Of a DNA stretch of 64,000 bases, positions 19,290 to 28,903 are shown piece by piece. The first letter of the stretch is position 1; each line of letters begins with the position of its first letter. Position numbers and translations under genes: made by a program. The DNA comes from Longimicrobiales bacterium. GTDB lineage: Bacteria > Gemmatimonadota > Gemmatimonadetes > Longimicrobiales > Gaopeijiaceae. The stretch spans positions 288,001 to 352,000 of the forward strand of contig CBDDCX010000008.1 of assembly GCA_965226375.1 (NCBI GenBank), in the 5' to 3' direction. Below the pieces are notes generated by a model. The model was given only the letters and a program-made list of their open reading frames with translations. It had not been told where the DNA came from and did not search any database.

Positions 19290-21272
19290 ATGTGGAGCCC
19301 GACGCCTGAGCGCGTCAGAGCTACCCATCTCGTTCGCTTCGCCAAGCAGGTCGCCGCCCACCTGGGGGACCGCTGGGACGTAGCGACCGGGTCCGACCCT
19401 ATGGCCGCCCTCCACGAGTGGTCCGTCCGAGAGCCATCGACGTTCTGGTCCGAAGTGTGGGATTTCTGCGACATGCGGGGGTCCGAGCGTGCCACTGAGG
19501 TAGTCGACGACCCGACACGCATGCCGGGCGCTCGATGGTTCAGCGGTTCCCGCCTCAACTTCGCGGAGAACTTGCTCGCCGATCGCCACGTTGCCGAACG
19601 TCGGCCAGAGGCGATCGTCGCGTGGAACGAAGACGGACCGGCGAGCTCGGTCACGTGGGAGGACCTCAAGGAGCAGGTAGCACACTTCGCAGCTGGGCTG
19701 CGGCGAGCGGGCGTCGCTCCCGGTGACCGAGTGGCGGGGCTTCTACCGAACATCCCCGAGGCGGTCATCGCGATGCTCGCCACCTCGAGCCTCGGCGCGG
19801 TCTGGTCGTCGTCTTCGCCCGACTTCGGCGTCGACGGAGTGTTGGACCGGTTCACGCAGATCGAGCCCAAGGTCCTGGTTTGCGCGAGGGGAACGATGTG
19901 GAATGGATCGTGGCTCGGTTCTCTGGAGCGCGTGCGTGCGATCGTCGAACGTCTGCCTTCGGTAGTTGCGGTAGTGGTCGCCGACTATGGAGAGGAAGCG
20001 GACTCCACCGACCTCGAGAGCATCCGGCATGCGGTTCCATGGAACGAGTTCGCGAGCCCGTCGGATACCCCCACGCCTACGTTCGTCCAACTCCCCTTCG
20101 ACCATCCGCTCTACGTGCTCTACTCCTCGGGCACCACGGGTATTCCAAAATGTATCGTGCACGGACAGGGCGGAACGCTCATCCAACACCTCAAGGAGCA
20201 CGTGTTGCATTGCGACCTGGGACCCGGAGACACCCTCTTCTATTACACGACCTGCGGCTGGATGATGTGGAATTGGATGGCCTCGTCGCTGGCTTCAGGC
20301 GTGACCATCGTGCTGTACGACGGCTCGCCGTTCCAGGCGACGCCGGAACGCATGTGGGATGTGGTCGATGCCGAGCGTGTGGACGTGTTCGGGACGAGCG
20401 CGCAGTACCTGGCGCTGGCCGAAAAGCGTGGACTGTGCCCGCGCACGAGTCACGACCTGTCCTCGCTTCGCACGATCCTCTCGACCGGCTCCCCGCTGCT
20501 GCCCCAGTCTTTCGACTGGGTGTACGGCAGCGTCAAAGCCGACGTGCACCTCGCGTCCATTGCAGGCGGCACGGACCTGGTCGCCTGCTTCGTCGGTGGA
20601 AACCCGGCCGCCTCGGTCTTCCGGGGAGAGATCCAGACGGCCGGGCTCGGCATGAGCGTCGAGGTATGGGACGCCGAAGCGGTGGAGTTACCGCCCGCCC
20701 AGACGGGTGAGCTCGTATGCACCCGGGCCTTCCCATCGGTGCCCATCCGTTTCTGGAACGATCCGGGAGATGTACGATTCCGAGCGGCATACTTCGAGCA
20801 CACGGTTCGCCCGGCGTGGCGGCACGGTGACTGGATCGAAGGGACCGAGCATGGCGGTTTTGTCATCCACGGCCGTTCGGACGCCACGCTCAATCCGGGA
20901 GGTGTCCGGATCGGGACGGCGGAGATCTACCGTCAGGTCGAACGCCTCGACGAGGTCGTCGAGAGCGTGGCTGTGGGGCAGCAATGGGAGGGAGACGAGC
21001 GAATCGTCTTGTTCGTGGTGCTGCGTGACGGGGTGGAGCTCGACGACGACCTCAGGGCCCGCATTCGGACGGAGATCAAGTCGAACAGTTCACCACGCCA
21101 CATACCGAAAGTCGTGCTCTCCGTACCAGCCATCCCGCGAACGATCAGCGGTAAGGTGAGCGAGATCGCGGTTCGCCGCGCGGTCCACGGACTGACTGTG
21201 GAGAACGTCGATGCGCTCGCGAATCCGGAGTCGCTCGCCCACTTTCAGGACCTCGCCGAGCTGCGCGGCTGA
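19290..21272 (+). CDS. Acetoacetate--CoA ligase
   Basis: LYSSGTTGIPKCIVH, YYTTCGWMMWNW, GRSDATLNPGGVRIGTAEIY and ALANPESL motifs. Confidence 0.95.
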   Translation: MWSPTPERVRATHLVRFAKQVAAHLGDRWDVATGSDPMAALHEWSVREPSTFWSEVWDFCDMRGSERATEVVDDPTRMPGARWFSGSRLNFAENLLADRHVAERRPEAIVAWNEDGPASSVTWEDLKEQVAHFAAGLRRAGVAPGDRVAGLLPNIPEAVIAMLATSSLGAVWSSSSPDFGVDGVLDRFTQIEPKVLVCARGTMWNGSWLGSLERVRAIVERLPSVVAVVVADYGEEADSTDLESIRHAVPWNEFASPSDTPTPTFVQLPFDHPLYVLYSSGTTGIPKCIVHGQGGTLIQHLKEHVLHCDLGPGDTLFYYTTCGWMMWNWMASSLASGVTIVLYDGSPFQATPERMWDVVDAERVDVFGTSAQYLALAEKRGLCPRTSHDLSSLRTILSTGSPLLPQSFDWVYGSVKADVHLASIAGGTDLVACFVGGNPAASVFRGEIQTAGLGMSVEVWDAEAVELPPAQTGELVCTRAFPSVPIRFWNDPGDVRFRAAYFEHTVRPAWRHGDWIEGTEHGGFVIHGRSDATLNPGGVRIGTAEIYRQVERLDEVVESVAVGQQWEGDERIVLFVVLRDGVELDDDLRARIRTEIKSNSSPRHIPKVVLSVPAIPRTISGKVSEIAVRRAVHGLTVENVDALANPESLAHFQDLAELRG

Positions 21273-21335
21273 TGGGACATCGCGACCCTTCGATACCGAG
21301 GACGTCATGCCAAGGCATCACACACACCTGAGGGC

Positions 21336-22604
21336 ATGACGGATCCGACCGTAGATCCGGCACGGCGGTCGTGGGTCCCGGTCGATCGGGACTCGGACTT
21401 TCCGATCCAGAACCTCCCGTTCGGCGTCTTCAGCAGCGCGGGAAGATCACCACGTGTGGGTGTCGGCATCGGCAGTGAGATCGTAGATGTTTCCGTACTC
21501 TCGGATGCGGGTGTGTTCGATGACGCCTCGCTGCCGGCCGGCCTATTCTCGGCCGCGACCCTGAACCCGTTCCTCGAACTGGGCAAGTCCGCCTGGGAGT
21601 CGGTGCGCCGAGAACTCTCGACTGTGCTGTCCGACACCGCACAGCGGCCATCGCTTTCTCCCGAGGCCTTTCTCGTGCCGATGGCCGAGGCCCAAATGCA
21701 GCTCCCCGTCGATGTCGGGGATTACGTGGACTTCTACTCCTCGCTTGAACACGCGACAAATGTCGGCAGGCTGTTTCGACCGGACCAGCCGCCCCTGTTG
21801 CCCAACTGGCGCCACCTCCCGATCGGATATCACGGACGCTCATCGTCGATAGTCGTCGACGGGACACCGATCGTTCGGCCATCGGGTCAACGCAAGTCGC
21901 CTGACGGCGATCCTGTGTTCGGACCCACCCGGCGTCTCGATATCGAACTCGAGGTCGGCTTCATCACGGGGAACGGGGGTCCGCTGGGCGTTCCCATCGC
22001 CGTGGACGACGCCGAAGATCACATCTTCGGGCTGGTCTTGGTGAACGATTGGTCGGCGCGTGACATTCAGGCATGGGAGTACCGGCCGCTCGGCCCATTT
22101 CTCGGTAAGTCGTTCGCCACCTCGATTTCACCTTGGGTGGTGCCACTTCAGGCACTCGCTCCGTACCGAGTGACCGCACCGACGCAGGACCCTCCCGCTT
22201 TGCCGTACTTGACCATTGAGCCGAACCGTGGAATCGACATGAACCTGACCGTCGACCTCAACGGAACCACGATCACGACAACCAATTTTCAGCACATGTA
22301 TTGGACGATGGCCCAGCAGCTGGCGCATGCGACCGCGAACGGTGCGAATGTCAGGGCCGGCGATCTCTTTGCTTCGGGAACGGTTTCCGGCCTTGAAGCA
22401 ACGGCACTCGGGTCACTACTCGAGATGACACGGAATGGCGTCGAGACGATTCGGCTCGACGACGGGAGCACGCGCACGTTCCTCGAAGACGGTGATCGGA
22501 TCACGCTGCTCGGGTGGTGCACATCGGACGCAGCACCGCGCATCGGCTTCGGTAGGTGTCGCGGCGTAGTCGCCCCCGCCGGCTCGGGGCCGACGAGTTC
22601 CTAA
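21336..22604 (+). CDS. fahA: Fumarylacetoacetase
   Basis: DFPIQNLPFG, DYVDFYSSLEHATN, GYHGRSSS and NDWSARDIQAWEY motifs. Confidence 0.95.
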   Translation: MTDPTVDPARRSWVPVDRDSDFPIQNLPFGVFSSAGRSPRVGVGIGSEIVDVSVLSDAGVFDDASLPAGLFSAATLNPFLELGKSAWESVRRELSTVLSDTAQRPSLSPEAFLVPMAEAQMQLPVDVGDYVDFYSSLEHATNVGRLFRPDQPPLLPNWRHLPIGYHGRSSSIVVDGTPIVRPSGQRKSPDGDPVFGPTRRLDIELEVGFITGNGGPLGVPIAVDDAEDHIFGLVLVNDWSARDIQAWEYRPLGPFLGKSFATSISPWVVPLQALAPYRVTAPTQDPPALPYLTIEPNRGIDMNLTVDLNGTTITTTNFQHMYWTMAQQLAHATANGANVRAGDLFASGTVSGLEATALGSLLEMTRNGVETIRLDDGSTRTFLEDGDRITLLGWCTSDAAPRIGFGRCRGVVAPAGSGPTSS

Positions 22605-22766
22605 CGGCGATCACCCTCCCGGCCGTGGCAGGGCTGCCTCCCGGGTGCCTCAGGACCGCTCGAAGATGACGGACTCGAGTGGAGATAGCTGTGCATCGCC
22701 ACCGATATCACGGGGGGCTCTGGGCGCCGCCCCCGACTCACTCCGTGTCCCATGCCACACCACGAC

Positions 22767-24281
22767 CTACAGATCCCCACCCGGAGGCGGGATCAGGGCC
22801 GGCTGTGGGTCGAGCGGAGTGAGATTCCGACCTCTCAGGGCCGGATGGTCGCCCGCTATGTACGTCGCCCGAAATACGGCGTAGGGGTTGGCCCGGATCG
22901 CGGCGCCGCCTTGGGCGGAAGCCACATCGCCAGACGTCGGCGACCAGAACTCCCAGACGATCTCCCCGTCGGTGGTCACTTCGAAGAAGCGTCCCTGGGG
23001 CCCCGAGGTGATCAGGGTGTTGCCCCCCGCGAGCCGGTGCGTTCCCGAGACGAACGAGCCGTAGAAGGTGGGCGGGTCGGGCGCAGTGTAGCTCCAGATC
23101 ACTTCTTCCGGACCGAACGCCTCCCCGTCCTCTATGACGTACGCGCCCGAGGCGTCGGTAGGGGGCGCGAACTCGAAGACGGCGGAATAGGTCCCGCCCG
23201 GTGTGACGTTGTCGTTGTTGAATACCGTGAAGTTGCCGGCACCCGGCATCCCCTCCGGTACCCAGCGGATATCGTGCTGACCGAAAAGGATCTGGTCGGC
23301 TTCCGTGCCTTGCCCGTACACCTGCGGATTCCCCCAGCGGTAGAGCAAGTCACCTCCGCGGCCCCAGCGACCTCCCGTGCTGCCACGGGCCTCCGCCGTG
23401 GTGGTGCTGTGGTCGATGACCCAGATCTCGCTGAAGACGCGCGGGCTCAGTACGATCTGATCCAATTCTGCGTTGTACGCGATCGCGTTGGAATGCATGA
23501 GGTCCGACGACGGGTTGTGACCGTCGCCTTCCGGCACATATCCGAGCTCACGATACCGTGCGATATCGTCCTGCATGACGTTGCCTGGCACCCGGCGACC
23601 GGCATTGATGTCGACGAGCTCGGGGTGGGCCGCCGGGTCAGCGAAATTACCCGCATTGTCATCGTAGTCTTGGATCATGTGGTCCCAGGCGTGCCACTCC
23701 CACACGATCCGGCCGCCTGTGCGGCCCTGGGGCTCGATCTCGACGATCATGTCAGGCCAGACGCCACTCTCGGGGGTCATCTCCGGCCGATACCCCATCT
23801 CCCCCGCCTCTTCGCGCGACTTCTCTTCCCATGCAATCGCCAGGATGTTGCCGTTAGGAAGAAGCGCGGTGTCGTGATGCAGAAGGTACTCCTCAGTGGC
23901 GCACCGGAAGTCCCAGACGACTTCGCCATCCCATGCGAACTCCTGGAGCCTGCCGCCCTGTCCGCCGCCACTGAATACCTCGACCTCCGGCATTTTTCCG
24001 CCCCGGAGCAGGTTGCCGTTGTCGAGCAGATAGACGGACGCGGTGGGGGCGCACTCGCTCTCCCACGTGTGAACGACGGCGCCGCTGCCCGCCTCGATCA
24101 AATAGGTGGTCGACGATGTGAGGGGCGTGTAGTAGACGTATCCGGGCGCTTCCCCGGGCGGGCTCACCAGGAGTCCGCGCGGCACGTGGGACGTGCCGCA
24201 GGCCATCAGCAGCGAGCATGCGATGATCAGGACGAGGCCCGGGCGGTGCGGCCCGAAGCGGGAGGGTGGTCGTGTTCTCAT
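22767..24281 (-). CDS. Aryl-sulfate sulfotransferase (ASST) family lipoprotein, copy 1 (intact)
   Basis: LLHHD, HSNAI, VLSPR and GQHD (catalytic His/Asn/Arg positions of ASST); LLYRWGNP; lipobox LMAC. Confidence 0.85.
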   Translation of the reverse strand: MRTRPPSRFGPHRPGLVLIIACSLLMACGTSHVPRGLLVSPPGEAPGYVYYTPLTSSTTYLIEAGSGAVVHTWESECAPTASVYLLDNGNLLRGGKMPEVEVFSGGGQGGRLQEFAWDGEVVWDFRCATEEYLLHHDTALLPNGNILAIAWEEKSREEAGEMGYRPEMTPESGVWPDMIVEIEPQGRTGGRIVWEWHAWDHMIQDYDDNAGNFADPAAHPELVDINAGRRVPGNVMQDDIARYRELGYVPEGDGHNPSSDLMHSNAIAYNAELDQIVLSPRVFSEIWVIDHSTTTAEARGSTGGRWGRGGDLLYRWGNPQVYGQGTEADQILFGQHDIRWVPEGMPGAGNFTVFNNDNVTPGGTYSAVFEFAPPTDASGAYVIEDGEAFGPEEVIWSYTAPDPPTFYGSFVSGTHRLAGGNTLITSGPQGRFFEVTTDGEIVWEFWSPTSGDVASAQGGAAIRANPYAVFRATYIAGDHPALRGRNLTPLDPQPALIPPPGGDL

Positions 24282-24616
24282 TAGACTAGGCCTCCACGGC
24301 TGAACGTGGGCCGACACATACAGCCATGAAAAAACAGCACAACCGGATACGCTTCCTCACGGTTGTACGAGTTCGGGAACGTGACGGAGAAATGTCGGTC
24401 GTAGCCGTTGATGTTGACGGTGCCACGATTCGTCTCATCGATGTCCAAACTCGGGAATACCAGTTCGGCGTCATCAGACTGCGACGATGAGACTGGAGTC
24501 GGAGTCCCGGAATCCCGACTTTCGTCGGGGGACCCTTGAGTGCAAGCCGGCAACAGCATCATGGCACCAGAAAGCAGAAAAAGAGCGGCCGTCTTGGTTC
24601 GAATCCGTATCTTCAT
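24281..24616 (-). pseudogene. 5' fragment of a PHB-depolymerase/esterase-like lipoprotein
   Basis: Lipobox LPAC, then R.F.V.FP.SY....YPVVLFFHG, ending shortly after; more AT-rich than its neighbours. Confidence 0.65.
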
Positions 24617-24661
24617 TTTTCTCTCCTGGGAATACTCAATAGCTGTGTGCCGGGCCGACGC

Positions 24662-26038
24662 TTACTGAGCGTCGCGCAAGACGTCCAGCATGATGTCGAT
24701 GCCTGCGTTGAGGTACGACCGAGGAATGGTGAGGGACGGCATCAGGCGGAGGACGTTTCCGTACCGTCCGCACGGCACCATGATCACACCCCGCTGAAGC
24801 ATCGCGTCCACGATCGCTCCGGTTCGATCATGGCTGATCGGTTCGCCGGTCTCCCGGTTCGCCACGAGTTCGACACCGATCATCAGACCACGACCACGAA
24901 CGTCACCGATGATCTCCAGATCCTCGGCTGCAGCCCTCAAGCGCTGCATGGCCTCTTCCCCGACCTCGGCCGCTCGCTGAACGAGACCGTCACGCTCGAT
25001 AATGCCCAGATTGGTCAGGCACACCTCGGCCGAGACGGCGTTGGCCGCGAAGGTCTGCGGCTGTGAATGGTCGTCGAGCTGCGCGGCCAGGTCCCGGCGC
25101 ATCAGGACGCCGGCCATGGGGAGGTCTCCACCCATGCCCTTGCCGAAGGTCAACATGTCCGGCTCCACCCCGGCGTGCTCGACCGACCACATCTTCCCAG
25201 TGCGACCGGCGCCGGCCTGCACCTCGTCGACGATGAACAATGCACCGTGCTTGACGCAGGCGGCCTTGACCGTCTGGACGAACTCCGGGTCCGGAGGCAG
25301 GTAGCCCCCCTCACCCTGGAGCGGCTCCATGATCACCGCTGCCACGTCGTCGGCCGCGGTGTACGGCGTGTTCAGCACGTGGTCCACGTAACCTGCGCAG
25401 GCCATGTCGCAACTGCTGCGTTCCAGACCGAACGGACAGCGATAGCAGTACTGATACGGCATGTGGATCACACCGGCCATGAAGGGCCCATAACCGGCCC
25501 GGTACTGATCGCCAGTCGTCAGCGAGTTCGCGGCGTGCCAGGTCCCGTGATACGCCCCGTGGAAGGCGACGATCTGATGCCTTCCCGTGACCCTCTTCGC
25601 GAACTTGACAGCGGTCTCCACCGCGCCACTGCCGCTCAGGGTGAAGTAGGCGACGCAGTTGTCGCGAAGTCCGGGTGGTGCGACCGCAACAAGCTTCTTG
25701 GCGAGTTCGCCGCGCTTGGTGTTGCTGATGTCGGATCCGTGCATGAGCACCTTGGACTGGCGCTCAATCGCCGCGACGACATCGGGATGGACCCGTCCGA
25801 CGCTGTTGACCGCGACCCCTGCGGTCATGTCGATGTAGAGGTTTCCGTCCGGATCGAGCACCGTCACACCCTTGCCGGTGTCGAAGATCAGCGGGAACCG
25901 CCCACCTCCGCGGGTCATGGACTCGTAGTTCGGCACCTCCTCGAGCAAGGCTGCGCTCGTCGGTCCCGGAAGCACATCCGAGATGATCTTCGGCGCGTCG
26001 GGAAACGACAGCGCTTCGAGTTCCTGTTCTGAGATCAT
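24662..26038 (-). CDS. Class III PLP aminotransferase (GabT-like), copy 1
   Basis: SGSGAVE, YHG, EPLQGEGG, DEVQAGAGRTG and TFGKG motifs. Confidence 0.92.
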   Translation of the reverse strand: MISEQELEALSFPDAPKIISDVLPGPTSAALLEEVPNYESMTRGGGRFPLIFDTGKGVTVLDPDGNLYIDMTAGVAVNSVGRVHPDVVAAIERQSKVLMHGSDISNTKRGELAKKLVAVAPPGLRDNCVAYFTLSGSGAVETAVKFAKRVTGRHQIVAFHGAYHGTWHAANSLTTGDQYRAGYGPFMAGVIHMPYQYCYRCPFGLERSSCDMACAGYVDHVLNTPYTAADDVAAVIMEPLQGEGGYLPPDPEFVQTVKAACVKHGALFIVDEVQAGAGRTGKMWSVEHAGVEPDMLTFGKGMGGDLPMAGVLMRRDLAAQLDDHSQPQTFAANAVSAEVCLTNLGIIERDGLVQRAAEVGEEAMQRLRAAAEDLEIIGDVRGRGLMIGVELVANRETGEPISHDRTGAIVDAMLQRGVIMVPCGRYGNVLRLMPSLTIPRSYLNAGIDIMLDVLRDAQ

Positions 26039-26070
26039 TTGTTCTCCTCCTCGTTCTTCGTTCTCCGTAC

Positions 26071-26205
26071 CTACTTCGTCGACGACTTCATGTCGTTGCA
26101 CGTCGCAGCGGTCCACCGACGCGGCCCACCTTCCTCGCCCGTCGTATAGCTCTCGGCGATGACGTGGCCGCGGTGGATGACCAGGAGCGCACCGCCATCT
26201 TGCAT
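26071..26205 (-). pseudogene. 44-codon fragment of a serine hydrolase (beta-lactamase family)
   Basis: Manual translation MQDGGALLVIHRGHVIAESYTTGEEGGPRRWTAATCNDMKSSTK*; stops immediately after an SxxK-like motif. Confidence 0.5.
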
Positions 26206-26695
26206 CAGCTATTCCCCATCAACTGCTTCAACTCCTGCCCTCAGCCGTCCCCACCCGGAGGCGGGATCAGCCTCGGCTGTGGGTCGAGCGGAACAAGGTT
26301 CCGACCTCTCAGCGCCGGATGGTCGGCCGTAACGTATGTCGCCCAAAATACGGCGTAAGGGTTGGCCCGCGCCTCCGCGCCCGAATCTGCATCGCCCGAC
26401 GTCGGTGACCAGAACTCCCAGACGATCTCCCCGTCGGTGGTCACTTCGAAGAAGCGTCCCTGTGGGCCCGAGGTGATCAGGGTGTTCCCCCCCGCGAGCC
26501 GGTGCGCCCCCGAGATGAACGAGCCGTAAAAGTTGGGCCGGTCGGGCGCAGTGTAGCTCCAGATCACTTCTTCCGGACCGAATGCCTCCCCGTCCTCTAT
26601 GACGTACGCGCCCGAGGCGTCGGTCGGGGGCGCGAACTCGAAGACCGCCGAATACGTCCCGCCCGGCGCGACGTTGTCGTTGTTGAATACCGTGA

Positions 26696-27762
26696 ATGGG
26701 GTATTGCCTTAAGTCCACCGCCCACTACATGTTGTGGTCATGGCGGTTCCGGCTTCTCAGCTCCGTGGCGGCGTGGACTATCCCCGTACGCGGCTGGAGT
26801 TGGACGAGTTCTTCCCCGACGATGCGGCATGCCTGGAGTACGTGGAGGGTCTGCGCTGGCCGGAAGGGTTTGTGTGCGTGGGCTGTGGCGGGTTGGGAGA
26901 GGTCTGGCGAGCATCGCGGGGGCGTCTCGTCTGCCCACACTGTCGAAGGCAGACCTCGGTGCTGGCGGGAACCGTGTTCCACCGCACGCGCTCGCCCCTG
27001 CGTCTGTGGTTTCTCGCTGCCTGGGAGCTCACGAGCCAGAAATACGGAGCCAATGCTCTCGGGCTCCAGCGCGTGCTCGGACTGGGAAGCTACAAGACAG
27101 CGTGGGTCTGGCTCCACAAGCTCCGCCGGGCCATGGTCCGACCGGATCGCGACCAGCTGAGCGGCGTTGTGCAAGTGGACGAGAGCTATGTCGGGGGCGT
27201 GGAGGCTGGAGTGCGGGGCCGCGAGACGATCAAGAAGGCCATCGTCGCGATCGCCGCCGAGGTCGACGGACGCAAGATCGGGAGAATACGGCTGCGTTGG
27301 GTGCCCGACCTCTCCGCTCCGGTTCTGCGAGGCTTCGTCAAGGATAGCATCGCACCGGCAAGCACGGTGCATACCGACGGATGGCCAAGCTATCAGGGAC
27401 TCGCCAAACTGGGCTTTCGCCACACGGTCACGAACCTCTCGACCTCCGGCGATCCCGCTCACGTGCTCATGTCGGCCGTACATCGGGTGGCGTCTCTCCT
27501 CAAGCGCTGGGTCCTCGGAACCCTCCAAGGAGGGATCGCCCGCGAACACCTCCCCTACTATCTGGACGAGTTCACCTTTCGCTTCAACCGACGCACATCC
27601 CGGGCTCGCGGCCTGTTGTTCTACCGCTTGCTTGAGCAGGCTGTTCAGTGTGCTCCCACGCCAGCTTCGGCCCTTTACCTCGGCACCGGACGTGGGAAAC
27701 GGCCCGCAGAGCCCCGGTAACCACTATATCTTGGGGTCGGTGGACTTAAGGGAATACCCCCT
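26696..27762 (+). mobile_element. IS1595-family insertion sequence, 1067 bp
   Basis: 25-bp TIRs ATGGGGTATTGCCTTAAGTCCACCG / AGGGGGTATTCCCTTAAGTCCACCG (2 mismatches); 8-bp TSD TACCGTGA at 26688-26695 and 27763-27770. Confidence 0.95.
26734..27720 (+). CDS. IS1595-family (ISXO2-like) DDE transposase with zinc ribbon
   Basis: RWPEGFVCxxC...CxxC; VQVDESY, HTDG and YLDEFTFRFNRR motifs. Confidence 0.95.
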   Translation: MVMAVPASQLRGGVDYPRTRLELDEFFPDDAACLEYVEGLRWPEGFVCVGCGGLGEVWRASRGRLVCPHCRRQTSVLAGTVFHRTRSPLRLWFLAAWELTSQKYGANALGLQRVLGLGSYKTAWVWLHKLRRAMVRPDRDQLSGVVQVDESYVGGVEAGVRGRETIKKAIVAIAAEVDGRKIGRIRLRWVPDLSAPVLRGFVKDSIAPASTVHTDGWPSYQGLAKLGFRHTVTNLSTSGDPAHVLMSAVHRVASLLKRWVLGTLQGGIAREHLPYYLDEFTFRFNRRTSRARGLLFYRLLEQAVQCAPTPASALYLGTGRGKRPAEPR

Positions 27763-28903
27763 TACCGTGAAGTTGCCAGCACCCGGCAGCCCCTCCGGTA
27801 TCCAGCGGATATCGTGCTGGCCGAAAAAGATCTGGTCGGCTTCCGTGCCTCGCCCATACACCCGCGGATTCCCCCAGCGGTAGAGCAGGTCACCTCCGCG
27901 ACCCCAACGACCCCCCGTGCTGCCGCGGGCCTCCGCCGTGGTGGTGCTGTGGTCGATGACCCAGATCTCATTGAAGCGGCGTGGGCTCAGAACGATCTGA
28001 TCCAATTCGGCGTTGTACGCGATCGCATTGGAGTGCATGTGGTCCGACTCCGGATTGTGACCTTCACCTTCCGGCACGTACCCCAGCTCACGATACCGCG
28101 CGATGTCGGCAGGCGTGACGTTGCCCGGCACCTGGCGACCGGCATTGATGTCGACGAGCTCGGGGTGGGCCGACGGGTCAGCGAAATTACCCGCATTGTC
28201 ATCGTAGTCTTGGATCATGTGGTCCCAGGCGTGCCACTCCCACACGATCCGGCCGCCTGTGGAGCCCTGGGGCTCGATCTCGACGATCATGTCAGGCCAG
28301 ACGCCACTCTCGGGGGTCATCTCCGGCCGATACCCCATCTCCCCCACCTCTTCGCGCGACTTCGCTTCCCATGCAATCGCCAGGATGTTGCCGTTAGGAA
28401 GAAGCGCGGTGTCGTGATGCAGAAGGTGCTCCTCAGTGGCGCACCGGAAGTCCCAGACGACTTCGCCATCCCATGCGAACTCCTGGAGCCTGCCGCCCTG
28501 TCCGCCGCCACTGAATACCTCGACCTCCGGCATTTTTCCGCCCCGGAGCAGGTTGCCGTTGTCGAGCAGATAGACGGACCCGGTGGGGGCGTACTCGCTC
28601 TCCCACGTGTGAACGACGTCGCCGCTGTCCGCCTCGATCATATAGGTGGTCGACGATGTGAGGGGCGTGTAGTAGACGTATCCGGGCGCTTCCCCGGGCG
28701 GGCTCACCAAGGAGTCCGCGCGGCACATCAGATGTGCCGTGCGGCCCGAAGCGGGAAGTTCCTGGCTTTCTCATGATCAGGCCTCCACGGCCGAAACGAC
28801 TTTCTGTATGAGCGTGTTGCTGAACGGCGGGTGATAGCTGTGTGCCGGGGCGACGCCCGCCGGGGGTGGGAGGTCATCAACCCGTGCGGATGTCGGCCGA
28901 CGC

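Larger units (their letters stand above)
26241..28774 (-). pseudogene. ASST family gene, copy 2: IS1595-interrupted, +1 frameshift near 28710, signal h-region deleted
   Basis: ORF pieces 27724..28728 and 26241..26567 align with copy 1; the reading frame rejoins when the IS and one TACCGTGA are removed. Confidence 0.9.

Noticed and set aside
22752..24284. Long antisense ORFs (also 48886..50382, 13965..15386, 29309..30511 and others)
   Set aside because: Shadows of real genes caused by high-GC codon bias; no recognisable motifs.
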